Shown here: piece after piece, positions 27,601 to 41,807 of the stretch
How the letters are laid out: each line of letters begins with the position of its first letter
Numbering within the stretch: position 1 is the stretch's first letter
NCBI GenBank assembly: GCA_964016885.1
Contig: OZ024742.1
Span: 137,020,001-137,084,000 of the forward strand
Origin: Eledone cirrhosa
Taxonomy: Eukaryota
Reading direction: 5' to 3'
DNA length: 64,000 nucleotides
Made by a program: the position numbers and the translations under genes
The notes under the pieces: model-generated
Seen by the model: only the letters and a program-made list of their open reading frames with translations
What the model was told of the DNA's origin: nothing
The model's database searches: none

Positions 27601-28352
27601 GCTAATGGCTGCGCAGGAGCAGGCCCTCAAAACGAAGTGGTTGAAGCACCATATCTACAAGGAGGAGGCTAGCCCACTGTGCAGGATCTGTGGAGAGAGA
27701 CAGGAGACTGTGGCTCACATTGTGTCCGAGTGTAAACACCTAGCCCAGACCCACTATAAGGGCTGGAGACACGATGTGATGGGCAGGGTGATCCACTGGC
27801 ACCTGTGCAAAGTAAACAATCTACCACATTCTGAGAAATGGTATGAGCATAGGCCAGAGGCGGTGATGGAGAACAGTCAGGTGAAGGTGCTGTGGGATTT
27901 TAGGATACAGACGGACAAAAAATTGGAACACAATAGACCTGACCTGGTGGTTGTGGACAAAGAAAAAAGATCGTGCCTGATTGTGGATGTGGCCTGCCCG
28001 TTCGACACGAGAGTGCAAGAGAAGGAGAGGGAGAAAATTAACCGATACCAGGACCTAAAGTGGGAGGTGAAAAGGATTTGGAACTGCCATGAAGTCAAAG
28101 TGATCCCGATTGTCATAGGCGCACTGGGGACTATCTCCAAAGGTTTCCAGGGATGGTTAAAGAAAATCGGCCCCTTCACGCTTTTTGGAACGCTTCAAAA
28201 GGCATGCTTGCTTGGAACGGCAAGAACCCTCCGATACGTCCTGAATATCTGAGGCTGCAGGTAGTGGCTTGATATTCAATCCAACGGACTTTCCAGTTAA
28301 CCAACATCAATGACTGAGATTCAAGGAATAATAATAATAATAATAATAATAA
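24680..28352 (+). mobile_element. Near full-length R4-clade (Dong-like) non-LTR retrotransposon
   Basis: Single long ORF, short 3' UTR and (TAA)n 3' end at 28327-28352; the 5' boundary is estimated from the composition shift. Confidence 0.9.
24860..28252 (+). pseudogene. R4/Dong polyprotein: RT + CCHC knuckle + restriction-like endonuclease; one in-frame TAG at 26402-26404
   Basis: ORFs 24860-26404 and 26444-28252 share a frame; motifs [72 protein letters not shown]. Confidence 0.92.
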
Positions 28353-28712
28353 CTTTCTTAACAACAAAGGTTTGGATTGTTTCAACCCGCCTACATAATA
28401 AGATGATGAAAATGATGGCAATCTTTTTCCAATAACTTATTGCTTAATGATTACAATAAATTGGCATCAGTGATTTGAAATGATGCAAAAGAACAGGAAA
28501 AACATGGTAAATATATGAAAGCTCTAAAAGAAATAAAAAGAAATAACCCAAGAAAAACATTGTTAAAACGCATTACGTAGCTAAATGTCAATATGGTTGT
28601 TATTAAATTTGTATTTCTGTCTGTAGAAAAGAAGAAAACATATATATAAGCACTTATGACAAACATAAGTACTTAAACGTTGAATATGTCTGCTATGAAA
28701 ATATGTGCCAAT

Positions 28713-28768
28713 ACTCCTGATGAGCCGACAATTTGATGACGTCAAAATGTCGGCTAAATATATAAGAT
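28713..28768 (+). ncRNA. Decayed hammerhead ribozyme
   Basis: actc-CTGATGA-gccgaca(..tttga/tcaaa..)tgtcggc-TAAA where GAAA is expected; long perfect stem II, stem I not clearly preserved. Confidence 0.4.
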
Positions 28769-29082
28769 ATACAATAATAAAAACCTGCTATAGTGTTGGT
28801 TAGATCAATATTTTATAGCTACTATATGTTATGAGAGTGTCAGCATGTCAGATGTGAACAGATGCATTTTGAAAAGAGATTCGTATTGAAAAGAATTTTA
28901 GCAATTAAATAAAGGGTCATAAATGCACACACATATACACACGTATACCAAAAACAACAACAGCAAACAAGTATAGAGTGAAAGAATTCATTAGCTTTAA
29001 CAGAAATATAGACACACATAAATATGGGAATAGACAGGGATAAAATCGTGCAGAGATTGACGTACATATAAATGTATATACA

Positions 29083-29153
<71 letters not shown>

Positions 29154-29228
29154 CTCTCTCTCTCTCATTCTCTCTCTCTCTCTCTCTCTCCCTTTCTCTA
29201 CCTTTCTCTCTCTACCTCTTTATCTATA

Positions 29229-29263
<35 letters not shown>

Positions 29264-30079
29264 TTCGTGTGTGTGTGTTTGTATATAGAGAGAGATGTTT
29301 TCTACGGGAATAAAAATATTTAATTCTAATGAAATCATTTGTACATTACACATAATGTTTACACACTACTAATGTATTGAGTGCCTTACTAACTCTGGTT
29401 GCCCCCGATTGAACCCAGAACTTGCACACACACACAAACACACACACGCACGCATACATGCATGCATACACACACACACGCACACACGCACACACACACA
29501 CACACACACACACTATATGTATATATATATATATATTCAGTGATTTCGATCTCGTTGTTTACAATATGCTCAACAAATTCATTTGGAGCACATGCTTTGA
29601 ATAAATTGTAATACAACATTCCCAGTCAGATTCCTACGCTATGAAGACACTAATTTATTCATCGACAAATTAGTATAAGAAAATGTTAACGTATCTTCTT
29701 TGTTTAGTACACAGAAATCCGGCGCAGTACAAATGTACACGTCTAAGCTGACACAATATTGTTTCAATTCCGTGGGGAATCAACTGCTCATTGATTAATA
29801 TGAAATCCATAACCAGAAAATTACGGACAATGCAATCATCATCAGCCAACAGTCGTATAAGGGATTTCCGAGAATTGAAATTACTATTAAATTTTCAAGT
29901 CGATGGCGATATCCCACGTGTGGCATTAAATGTTATTTGGTCAACAAATGATAGCAGCCTTGGCTGAATGCGTGGGACTGGTTGTAATGTTTCATTTATC
30001 AGCATGACGTCACCAATATAGAACACTTGCCCATAATTAAAGGAAAAATGGTGAGAGTTAATTTCGTAAAAATATTTAT

Positions 30080-30500
30080 AGCCAATGGTATAAAAATACT
30101 TGTTCTTGTAAAACTATCATCGCTTTATCTGACAAAAATAATAACTTATATTAGCTAGACGAAACAACAAACGATCTCTTAAGACATAAGACCAATACTT
30201 CTAAATATTCAAAAAAAATAACATCCCACAGAAAATTTAACTTAAAACATCAATGTGAACGCCAAGTACATAGCCACTTCCTTTAATGTAGATAAGAAAT
30301 TAGAATGTTTAGCCAAGCGCGAAACCTGACTTTAATAACCTTCATGCAGGAATATAAATATTGCACCTACAGAGATAGAGCTAGATAACAAGACAATACT
30401 TAGAAATATCATTAAGGCCATGAAGAAGCAAACCAACCTTACTCAGTGGGAAAATAGTGATACAGTAATTAAATGTTTAAAATCCATGACCAAGACTAAC
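30080..30500 (+). mobile_element. Decayed PLE reverse-transcriptase N-terminal fragment
   Basis: SDKNNNLY, INVNAKYIATSFNVDKKLECLAKRE, KTILRNIIKAMKKQTNLTQWENSDTVIKC, resembling PLE RT (QW.NT..V..WF). Confidence 0.6.
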
Positions 30501-30939
30501 ATAACCAATGCCCCAAAACAGGAGCAGCAGCAACAATAACAGCAACAACAACTTAACACGATAAAAATATATGATACAATTCCCGATTGTACATTGTCAA
30601 CAGCACCTCAATAACTGAAATGTTTTAAAATGAAAACAACAAAGAACAACAGTACTAACAACAACAAACAAATTAACAGAAAAACAAAACAACGAGAATA
30701 ACAGCAACACAAACGAGAACGACCACACAGATGGCAACCACGTGGACAACATTAAAAAACATAACAATAAAGCCAACAACAGTAACAATACATTTACAAT
30801 AACAGAACATTTCGCAATGAACATTTCTGGACCCAGTAAATTAATCAAAATACAAAAAGTATGGACCTATGTAGCTGTACTCCTAGAGATGTTGGCAACA
30901 AAGGCAAACATACCTTAATGTACAGATCCATTCCCTCAA

Positions 30940-31600
30940 AGCCGAGATGGCTTGAGATCGATGAGGGAAGGGCACTGAAAGATATAATGCTCAATATTGA
31001 ACATATCTCAAGGGTTAAACATTATGCGGGCATTGCAGTGCTTTTTAAGAGTGAAGGTGGAATTGAAAGCGGTGGCAGTGCTGTTTAGGAAAGGCTTGAA
31101 TCTCGAGGTACAGACGATTCTTCTGGACCCAGATGCTACGTCAGTGATCCTGGATGTGAGCAACCGCCATGGTGCTTTTAGACTAGTGACCGTCTACGAC
31201 CTGACCGTGGGTGGACGGTCGGATTTCTTCAAGCAACTGGAGCCTCACTAGGAACGTTTCGTCCTTCAACATTTAGCGGGTGACTGTAGCGGCATTTAGA
31301 CGTATGCCGGGGTTGTTTGAAGTAGCTGATAGATGTGAGGAGGGCCAAAAACTTGAGAACCGGATAAGGCAGTTCCATCTGTCTGGGAGGCACCAACTAT
31401 ATTACTCGAATGCGCCAGTGTAGATCTGGACCAATTACATAGGGTCTTTATATCGTATATAGATAGATTTTTCATTAGGTTAGCAGATATGGATAGCATA
31501 GTGTGTCCGCAATTTCCTAGAGTCGACAATTCAGACTAAAGTTTCGTGATCTGTATGTTCGACTAGATAGAACACGTAAATAGGGATCCTGCTACCATTG
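30940..31600 (+). mobile_element. Decayed L1/Tx1-type APE endonuclease fragment
   Basis: AVAVLFRKGLNLEV..LDV....AFRLVTVY....RSDFFKQLE and SYIDRFF, with stops. Confidence 0.6.
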
Positions 31601-31694
31601 CTTAGGAAATGTACAGAGATCCAGCCACTCAACAGACAGGAGTCAGCAAGAGAATACCATCTCTATTTAGGTATTTTAATATCTCGAGCATAAT

Positions 31695-32420
31695 TCATCG
31701 TTTCCAGCGGCCTTGCCCCCGTTTCAGCTCTTTAATAGTCCTTGTGACCTCAGCCACCGAGAGGCTAGTCGTCGCTCCCAGATGCACATCAGAAGATGGT
31801 GTTATGATAAGGTGTAAGTGATGAGCAAATAATTCTCTCCACCCCCCGAAGATGCTCCTCCCTGCAGACAGGAGAAAACCTGACATATTCCTGATACCAG
31901 GCGTGGAGACGGTTTTCTTAATACGAAGTCCGTGGATTGTCTGCCAGAACAGTTTATTTGCTGATCTGAAGTTGGATTCCAGTTTAACACCAATCTCCAC
32001 CATTGTCTTAGCTTTAGACGCTTTCACTGTGTCTATTGTGACTCTTAGCACCTGCTTGTACTGCAAGTGCATGAAAAAGGACTTATTTCCATTTCATTCT
32101 TTGAAAGCTTCGTTTTTTGATGCGATGGCATCTTTAACAACTAGTTTGAATCAAGGGATCCTCCTGCCTCCCACCCCAAAACCAATCTACTTTTGCTTGC
32201 AGTATTCCACAGCTGAAACGGAAACTTCCAGGCTGAACAGTCACCACTCCGTTTCAACGTCCTTAGTTTGCCCAGATAATTCTCCAGATTTGGATGAAAT
32301 ATCCGCAAACCTGGTTATACATTATCTCTCTGCCAGTGATTCCTTCCCACTTTATTCTGTAGGCCGGCCTAGACCTGCAGGTTTAGTAGGCATTCTTAAC
32401 TAGATTGTGATCAGTTGATA
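31695..32420 (-). mobile_element. Decayed RTE (Expander-like) LINE, APE-RT linker region
   Basis: GVKLESNFRSANKLFWQTI..LR..GWRELF..EVTRTIKELKRG, with DHNLV upstream. Confidence 0.65.
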
Positions 32421-32949
32421 GACTAGCTTCTCTCTTAACAAAAACTCCTAGCACAGAATCAAATATATCAGAGGCATTAACAAAATCAATTATTCATCTC
32501 TGTCTCCGATTCCCCTTGCATCACATATGTATGTATGCATGCATGTGTGTATGTATGTAAGTATGTATGTGTGTATGTATGTATGTATGTATGTATGTAT
32601 GTATGTATGTATGTATGTATGTATGTATGTATTTACACATCGGTTTGGAATCGAAATTAAACCCATGTACATTTCGAACAAGACACATTGCAACGTTTGG
32701 TGCCTAGGTAGAGAAACTTTCAATTGAAATACCATTCGTTCCATCATCCTTCATTGTGATTCCAACTACGGCGGATATCAACTTCACCTCTGGTCACTTA
32801 GAAGTCCTTAAATAAAATACTATTCCAATACAGGGATCGGTCCTTCATCTCAATCTCCTTATCAATTTCTAACTCCCTTACTCATTTTCTTTCTACCTCT
32901 AGAATATATCGCCTGTGATCAGACCTTGAATGGGATGGGATTTAAAAGT

Positions 32950-33208
32950 ATAAAATCTCTCTCGATCCCCGGCGTTTATCAGGCCAGTGCTTATCCCAGT
33001 TTTCGTAGTGAGAAGCAGCTGAGAGAACAACACTACCACCACCCACCTCCCAGGACAAGCCGCCAGTCCATCGTAAGGACAAACTCCAAATTCTTGCTGC
33101 TGGCATTCATTTTCAGCTTAGTATAATGGGGCAATGTGAAATGAAGTGTTTTGCTCAAGAACACAACACACAACCCCCTCCAGGAATCGAAACTACGACA
33201 TCATGATC
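32950..33208 (-). mobile_element. SINE family B
   Basis: cgccagtccatcgtaagg core and aaatgaagtgttttgctcaagaacacaac. Confidence 0.7.
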
Positions 33209-33619
33209 AGCCAGGTCTAAATGACCAAACCACCCTGCAAATCACCAGGTAACTCGCACAACTCCTTCAAGATTTAAGAGTCCATGGTCAATACATAGAC
33301 TAAGGTACCCATATACTCCTGAAACCTTGTAAAAAAAATTCAGTTCAACAGTGATTGGCTTGCTTGAAACCTGTCGCTTACGCCGCTCTTGTTCACCATT
33401 TGTTATATAAAATGAATAAATAAATATATAAAGTATTTATGTGTGTAGAAGTCTATGTTATTTATGTGGTGTTTATTGTCATTTGTATTTGTTCAATGTG
33501 TTTGATTTTCGGTTGCTTTCCTGGGAAATAAAGAAAAGCTTTATATGATTGTTATTGTGATGTTAGAAATCTTTATCATTATTATTGTACTTATTATTCA
33601 GTTAATTTATTGTTGTTGG

Positions 33620-35392
33620 TGTTACTGTGGTTGCTGCTGATGGTGATACTGACTACGATGATGATGATAATGGGGAATATAATGTTATTGAGTTTCATGT
33701 TGTTTCTGTTGTTGGGTATTGATTTTTGTTCATATGTGTGTCAGTGGCAGCGGTAAACGTGGTATTCGTAGCAGCGGCGAACATGGTGCTGATGGTAGTG
33801 ATGCAGATAGTTGAGGCGGTGGTAGTGATACAGTTTGTGGTGGTGGTAATGACGACGATAATATTGGTGGTAGTGGTAGTGATAATGTAAGTGGTGGTAG
33901 TGGTAGCGATAATGGAAGTACTGGTGGTGGGGGTAGTGGTGGTAGGGGAAGTGGTGGGGGGTGCTGGTGGTAGTTGTGGTAGTATCAACGATGATAGTAG
34001 CAGTCGTAGTGGTACTGGTAGCGATAATATTTGTGCTATTGTTGGTGGTGGTGGTGATAATAGTGTTTTTTTGTCACGATAACCGTAGTGGTTCTGGTAG
34101 CGATTACTGTGTTGATGTCGATGGCGATGCTTGAAGAATTGTTCTCTATTGAGCACGGGAAGACATGTGGTTTCGTGGTTAGCTGGTTCGGCTCATGATA
34201 GTAAGGTCGTGAGTTCAATTCCCCGATGACATGTCCTTGTGCAATACTTTATGTCACGTTGCTTTAGTTCACTCCGCTGCAAAATGAATAAGTTGCACTT
34301 GTAATTCAAACGGCCGACTTCGTTAAGCATTGTGTTAAGTTGAATATCATTGAAAATTACGTTAAGTGTACACGTGTCTATGGAATGCTCAGTAATGCAC
34401 GTTAATTTTCCGAGCAGGTTGTTCCAATGATCGAACAACTAGAACACTCGTAGTGGGAATCGATGGAAGTCCAACACACACATGAGTGGGTTCTTTTGCA
34501 TATCAGAGCTTTGTTACCCTTTGAATAGAAGACACCCCAAAGAGTTCTGGAAACCTCCAGTTGATAGTCTAATCATATTCAAACGGTGATGCAGATGATA
34601 TTTGCCTGTGTTATGCTGACTATTCCCCATTGAGAATTATAGTATGGGCCTTGTTGGTAGCATTAGTAGTATTTATTTTTTTGTGGTTGTGACGATCTAG
34701 TTGATGGTAGTAATATACGTTATGGTAATAGTAGTAGTAGTAGTAGTAATAGTAGTAGTAGTAGTAGTAGTAGTAGTACAGCACAAACGGCACCAGCACA
34801 AGCAGCATTTTAACAATACTCATCGAGATAATACCTCGACCATAACCACCAAACCAGTAGTAGTAGTAGTAGTAATATATTTTACCGCGGTGATGATGGC
34901 CATTAACATGGCAAAAACACTAACAACAACATACAACAAACAACAATAACACAACAGCAACAATAACAACAACAACAACAACAAAACCAGGAGTAAAACC
35001 AACAGCAGCAGCATCCAAGATAACAATATCAGTAGCAAATGCTGCGACAAGAAACAAAAAAAAAAAAAAAAAAACGGTTATAACAGTAGGAATTACCCGA
35101 ACAAATATCCCGTCTTCATCATCATCATCAACATCATCAACATCAACACCATCATCACCATCATCAACATCAACATCATCAACAGCATCATCAGCATCAA
35201 TATTATCTACATCTGCAACAACAACGAACACATCCCCATTATCATCAACAACAAATAAAACATCATCATCATGTTCATCATCATCATCATTGTCACCACC
35301 ATTGTCACCATCATCATCATCATCATTGTCACCATCATTGTCACCACCATCATCAATATCATCATCGACAATAACAAAATCACCATCATCAA

Positions 35393-35433
<41 letters not shown>

Positions 35434-37670
35434 CCATTGTCACCATCATCATCAATATCATCATCGACAATAACAAAATCACCATCATCAACATCATCAT
35501 CATCAACGTAATAATCATCATCATCATTAACCCCCCATCTTCCACCTCATCATTACTGACGTCATCATCATAATCATCATCGTTGTCTTCGTCGTCATCA
35601 TAATCATCCTTATCATCATCATAAACATCAGCATCGACATCAGCATCGACATCATCATCATCACCGTCACTAGCAATACCACCTCAAACGCCCTACTTCT
35701 TCCCCTTCTCTTCATTATCATCATCACCGCCATCACCGTCGTCAACAACATCGTTATATTGTCAATAGCATTATTGCCATCTTCATCTCATCTCACCGAC
35801 ATTATGTGTTAACCAATAAGGTCCACATCTCTTCTTCCATCTCCTCTTTGCCCTCTTCTCTTCCTCGCCCTCATCGTCATCATCGTTATTATCGCCATCG
35901 TCATCGTCGTCGCCATTTTCATCTTCTTTCACCCACCAAAAGATGTCAACATGAATTTCAACAGGATTCAAACTAAGGATATTATCACCAACATTAAAGT
36001 CAACCCAACCACACCACACCACTCCCCTCATCGCCAGCATTAAACCTATAACAACCCCCACCCCCACCCTAACCCGAAAAAAAACATCACCGTTACTACC
36101 CCTATCATGTTGCTACCATGTTCACCATCACCACCACCACCACCACTTTCAACACCATTTCAGCCCCCCCCCTCCTCCACTATCATTACCAGTGCTATTC
36201 GCCACCAATACATCACCACAAGTATTACTATTATCACAATATCCACCGCGAGTACTAGAGTACTAGATACATCACAACAACCACCGCCCCTTAGTGTCAC
36301 TGATATGATAAGCTTCACAAGAATACTATCGCCATCAGTGTACTATTCACCCTTATTACCAATATTACCATTTCTGCAATCTTTACTACAAACATCATAG
36401 TCATCACTATCACCACCACCACCATCACCACCACCATAACTGTCACCACCACCACCACCACCACCACACCACCATCACTATCACCACCACCATCACTACC
36501 ACCACCACCACCACCATCATTATCACTACCACCACCACCACCACCACCACCAACACCATCACTACCACACCACCACCATCACTACCAACTCCATCTACAC
36601 CACCACCACCACCACCACCACCGACAACAACCCCACCACCACCACCATCACTACCAACTCCATCTACACCACCACCACCACTACCACCACCACCACCACC
36701 ATCACTACCAAGAAGACGAAGACGAAGAAGAAGAAGAAGAAGAAGAAGAAGAAGAAGAAGAAGAAGAAGAAGAAGAAGAAGAAGAAGAAGAAGAAGAAGA
36801 AGAAGAAGAAGAAGAAGAAGAAGAAGAAGAAGAAGAAGAAGAAGAAGAAGAAGAAGAAGAAGAAGAAGAAAACTACAACTGTCGCAGCTGCTATCATCAC
36901 CAGCACAACTCACAACACCACCATCACCCTCACTGCCACATCCACCACAACCCCCACTGCCACCCTCACCACAATGCCACCACCACTAACACTACTATGG
37001 TACCACTACCCCCACCCCCACCTCTAACACTATTACTTCTACCATATTTAACAGCAGAAACAGCAACAACAATCATCATCACGATAATCACCAAACATTA
37101 CCACCACCACCACCACCACCACCACCACTACCACACACAACAGCGACGACAACAACAACAATAACAGCAACAGTAACAACAGTCACCATCATGATAATCA
37201 CCAACATTACCACTACCACCACTACCACCACCATCACTACCACCACCAACACCATCTCCATCTACACCACCACCACCACAATCACCACCACCACTACCAC
37301 CACCACCACAACCACCACCACCACCACTACCACCACTACCACCACCACCACCTCACACAACAGCGACGGCAACAACAACAATAACAGCAACACTAACAAC
37401 AATCACCATCATGATAATCACCACCACCACCACCACCAACACACACAACAACAACAACAACAACTACAATAACAGCAACAGCTACCACATGACGAACATC
37501 AGAAGATTTTTGAATTCTTTTGGGAGTCCAAAATTATGCAACAAGACTTGCATTAACTCTTTCAACATCAAATACTGCTGCACGACCGAACATTTCGACC
37601 GAACAGCAGCAAATAATGTGATGAATAAAATAAAAACAACACTAAAACTATAAAAAAAAAAACAACTATG

Positions 37671-37755
<85 letters not shown>

Positions 37756-38030
37756 TAATAATTGAAATAAACAGAAAAACATACAAGACATCAACAACAA
37801 GAGTAACTTGTACAAGGAAACCAGGAACAGCAGCAGGAGCTGCAACAACAACAATAATATTTGAAATAAACAAAATACCCCCCTCCCCGCTCCCTCATAC
37901 ACAAACTATAACAATAATAACAGCTGCAGTAGCAACAGTAACAACTACAACAGCAAACAATATTTTTAAACTAAAAAAAAAAAAACAGACGAAAAAAAAA
38001 ATAGCATCATCAATAACTGCAGCAGCAACA
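33620..38030. repeat. ~4.4-kb compound trinucleotide low-complexity region (GTG/TAG/CAA/CAT/CAC/GAA/TAA)
   Basis: Includes pure (GAA)n at ~36724-36870 and (TAA)n at ~37672-37752. Confidence 0.95.
34165..34475 (+). mobile_element. tRNA-derived SINE family C (CephSINE-like)
   Basis: Head ending gagttcaattcc, then attacgttaagtgtacacgtgtctatggaatgctcag..gcacgttaat..gagcaggttgttcc; related copies at ~40485-40830 (+), ~42190-42490 (-) and partial ~19945-20130. Confidence 0.65.
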
Positions 38031-38305
38031 GCGAAACTACGAGAAATATACATACACACAGCCAGACATAAACACACAACGAGCCATACACACAACCAGA
38101 CATACACACAAACAGACATACACACAGCCAGACGTAAACACACAACCAGACATACACACAAACAGACATACACACAACTAGTACTGCACACATAAATTAT
38201 CCCGAACAGAAGTTACTCTCAAACGTATGGTATCAAAAAACGGAGTGCGCTGATGCGTGTTTCCACCCGCGACTCTCACTCAATCTCCTTCCCTCAACTC
38301 CCCCT

Positions 38306-38371
<66 letters not shown>

Positions 38372-39060
38372 AACGCATACACACGTCGTATATTAAGTAG
38401 TGTTGAGCGAATGGTAAATGTCGAATCTTTTACAATTCTTCTGTCAGATCACTGCGTAGAATGAGATCATTTTAACCTCATCTTATATATATAATTGTTC
38501 CATATAAACAGACACGAGGATACATAATTTTGTGAAGAGGAAACCGAAATATGTCCATTTATATACTCGTTTACGCAGTTTCTGTTCGGTATATATGTAG
38601 ATCTATGCTGATACAACTTTATCATATACATTGGCTGCTTAGCACAGGAATTAATATATATTTGAATTATCTACCAGTCTGATCACTAATAATATGCAAA
38701 TTTCAGGATACTATAATAAGGCTCTCGATTATATATTGTCTTGTAGTTGCTTCGATGTTATATATAACTTCTGATTAGGTACTTAACAAGGTTGGAGAAT
38801 CAATTCAATGTATTTATCATTTTATCAATTTACAGTGAAATACGTATATTTGGTATGATTGCATCTCTATATACAATAATTGTGGACATTTTATATACCA
38901 CATAGACACAGTCTCAGTTACTTCTTCTCTGTATACATGTATATAGATATAATACTTGTGTTGCTTTGGGCACAATTTCATATATAATTTTATATGAACA
39001 AATATACACATACACATACACACAGATACACACATATGTATATTTATATATATGTATGTA

Positions 39061-39137
<77 letters not shown>

Positions 39138-39329
39138 GTGTGTGTGTGTGTGTATATATATATTGGCTTATGAAGCGAACCATTACAGCTCTGGCCGTCT
39201 CTTCACGCAATGATAATAGGTTTGTATGTTAGAAATACAAACCTATTAATCAGAGTGCTCACATAGGTTAATCAGTAAGATAAATGCCTACGCGTTTATG
39301 TAATGATAAGTGTATATTATATAAACCCT

Positions 39330-40450
39330 GACTGTTCAGCATTTTCTGTACTTCAGTCTGGCAACAATAGTTCCAACTTCAACCACTATTCACAGTAGTT
39401 AGGTAATATTTGCAAGCATCACATGACATTGTGCTGAATACACGTCTCCAGCGGTTGGTCCCCGCTCATGAATCGAAAGGTGTATTTAAACGACTCATAA
39501 AAATCCAGTCATTGCTATCACTTATGTAGCATTTTCAGTTTTGTAGTGACATGTGACTGCTTCCATTTCTCAGATTCATTACTACCGCCTTAGTCGCAAT
39601 ACACCGAAAGGTTGTCCATGTATCTAGATCCCTACTGATTCTAAACAGCACTACTTGTCTATATAACCGGACTAATGAGATGATATGTCAGTAAGAAAGG
39701 ACACGAGTTACTGCCTGCTAAAATATTAACCACACTGATGGTTGTTACATCTAATTTAAATGAATTGTTATCAGTCAGTAAGTACGCATTTAAAATATAA
39801 CATTCAATAATGTCGATGAGGTGAAGAGAAAAAAAGGTGCATACCTCGAACTTGAGACTTTCGTCACTGGATTCGGGTATGATAAGTCAGAAACTTTACA
39901 CCACAATATATCTCTCACATCTTTGGAAAGATATTCATTTTTCTTCTTCATGCTTCTGATTAGCTCCATGCTATGTTCAGCATACCATTAATTTTCTGAC
40001 AAACCAGTACGAGGTTTTATTTCCTCTTTCTATCAGCAGTATCCAGTTCAAAATTGAAAGAACAACAGCGAAGACCAGTATAAGACCACACATTTTACTG
40101 TATACGTTTTCAATGTTAATCAACCGAATTTCTGGCCTATTTACTCATATGTTATTCTGATATGACTTGAAAATTATATTAATTTATAGGCATGAACCCC
40201 ATCTCAACTTCTTTTTATGTGTATCCTAAGTTCTTTAATCATATACTCAAATATCGTCCAAACATCCTTTCAAGTCGGGCTATTTAATGAAAAAAATGCA
40301 ACTAAAGTTATGACTTCCCTTAGAAATATGATGTTATACTAAGACAAACTTTGTTTCATTATATGGTCATAATGTTGATGATTACGTGTTTCCGAGTACA
40401 TCACAAGTGGTGTTCACTTATTCTTATGTCAGTTCTTTCTGTTTCCTCTA
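39330..40450 (-). mobile_element. Very decayed RTE-type RT remnant
   Basis: Ordered remnants resembling DLEKAFD, RTG.P.EL.YAD and F.YLGD..GG on the minus strand; many frameshifts. Confidence 0.4.
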
Positions 40451-40484
40451 ATCGTTCCTGTGTCCACTTTGCTATGTGTATATA

Positions 40485-40830
40485 GCGTGGCCGATTGTTT
40501 AAGTAGTTCACTCACAAATATTAGGTCCCCGGCTCGATTTCACTGAGTGGCTTCTTGCGTGTGTGTCACTATAATACTCTCGCGTCGACCAAAGCCCTGA
40601 GACTGATATTAAATGGATGGACGCCATTTGGAAGTCCATCGGTCTGATGGGTCTTATAATCCAATGGTTATGCCTTGTCCCTCTCTGAGTCAAGGTGAAT
40701 TTCATTTGTAATTACGGTAAGGATACACTTGACTATGGAATGCTCAGTAATTTACACGTTAAAGTTATGAGCAGGCTGTTGCATTGGTTGAAAAGCGGGA
40801 ATACTCATCGTCGAAACTGACCGAGATCCT
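40485..40830 (+). mobile_element. SINE family C, diverged
   Basis: Shares attacggtaaggatacac..tatggaatgctcagtaatttacacgttaa..gagcaggctgtt with 34165-34475. Confidence 0.6.
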
Positions 40831-41621
40831 TACCAAAATTCTTCACGCGTTGTTATTATTTTATTTTAGTTGCCTTGCTGCTGTTGATATTATTGCGATT
40901 GCTGCTACTGTTGTGTTTGTTATTACAGGTCTAATTTCTTATAATTGTTTTTATTACAAAGGTTACTATTGTCATTATTATTTTTATATATTCTGTTGTT
41001 AATAAGGGAAATATTAATACCATTTGGGCAAGTACTTCTAATACTTACCACCCCTGCGAAGGGAGAATTTGGTTACCAAAGTTATAGAAATATTTCTCGC
41101 TCTCACGACTGGAACCATGCTGTAATTTATTTCTGTCTTCACACTATGAATAGCAGAAAAAAAAGCAAAACTACTTCCTGTACAAAATGAAGATATGTAA
41201 ATATTTAGTTTTCTTCCTCAATGATAAAAGTAAAATACTCAGAGCATATATAATATACGTTCGAGAATGCAGAAAACTTAACAAGTCAAGTAGGTGAAGA
41301 TTCATGAGACATTTTCTGCAGTAAATCTATCATCAACAACAAAATAAATAAATTAATAAAAATACTGAAGATGATGATGATGATGTATATATTTTATATT
41401 TGCAAAAGATCACATAAAAGATTCAATATACAACCAATGCTACCAATTTTATTTATCACTTGCTATCAGGCTTGGACTTTCACCTGTTGAGGCACTAAGA
41501 TCTATGAAATATAATTATTATAATTTATATTGATGTCAATGATAAGGAATAAATAATATATATGTGGTGTGTTCTTCAACAAAAGACTTCATTTTACGTT
41601 GCTTAAATACACATAACAAAA

Positions 41622-41807
41622 CACTTCATTTCACGTTGCTCAAAAACAATTAGTTTAAACTGAGTAACAGCTTAATAACTGGGTGTTTAACCCAGCGACG
41701 GACTGGCGTCCTCTCCAGGAAGGAATCTTGTTCTCTCAGTCTCTCGACGTCACAGAAACTGGGATAACCACCGGCCCGATGAGCCTCCGGGCTCGGGACT
41801 GACTTTA
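41622..41807 (+). mobile_element. SINE family B, 3' part
   Basis: gcgacggactggcgtcc core and gatgagcc..gacttt tail. Confidence 0.7.

Noticed and set aside
25057-28179. Antisense ORFs over the LINE coding regions
   Set aside because: Shadow ORFs of the coding strand.
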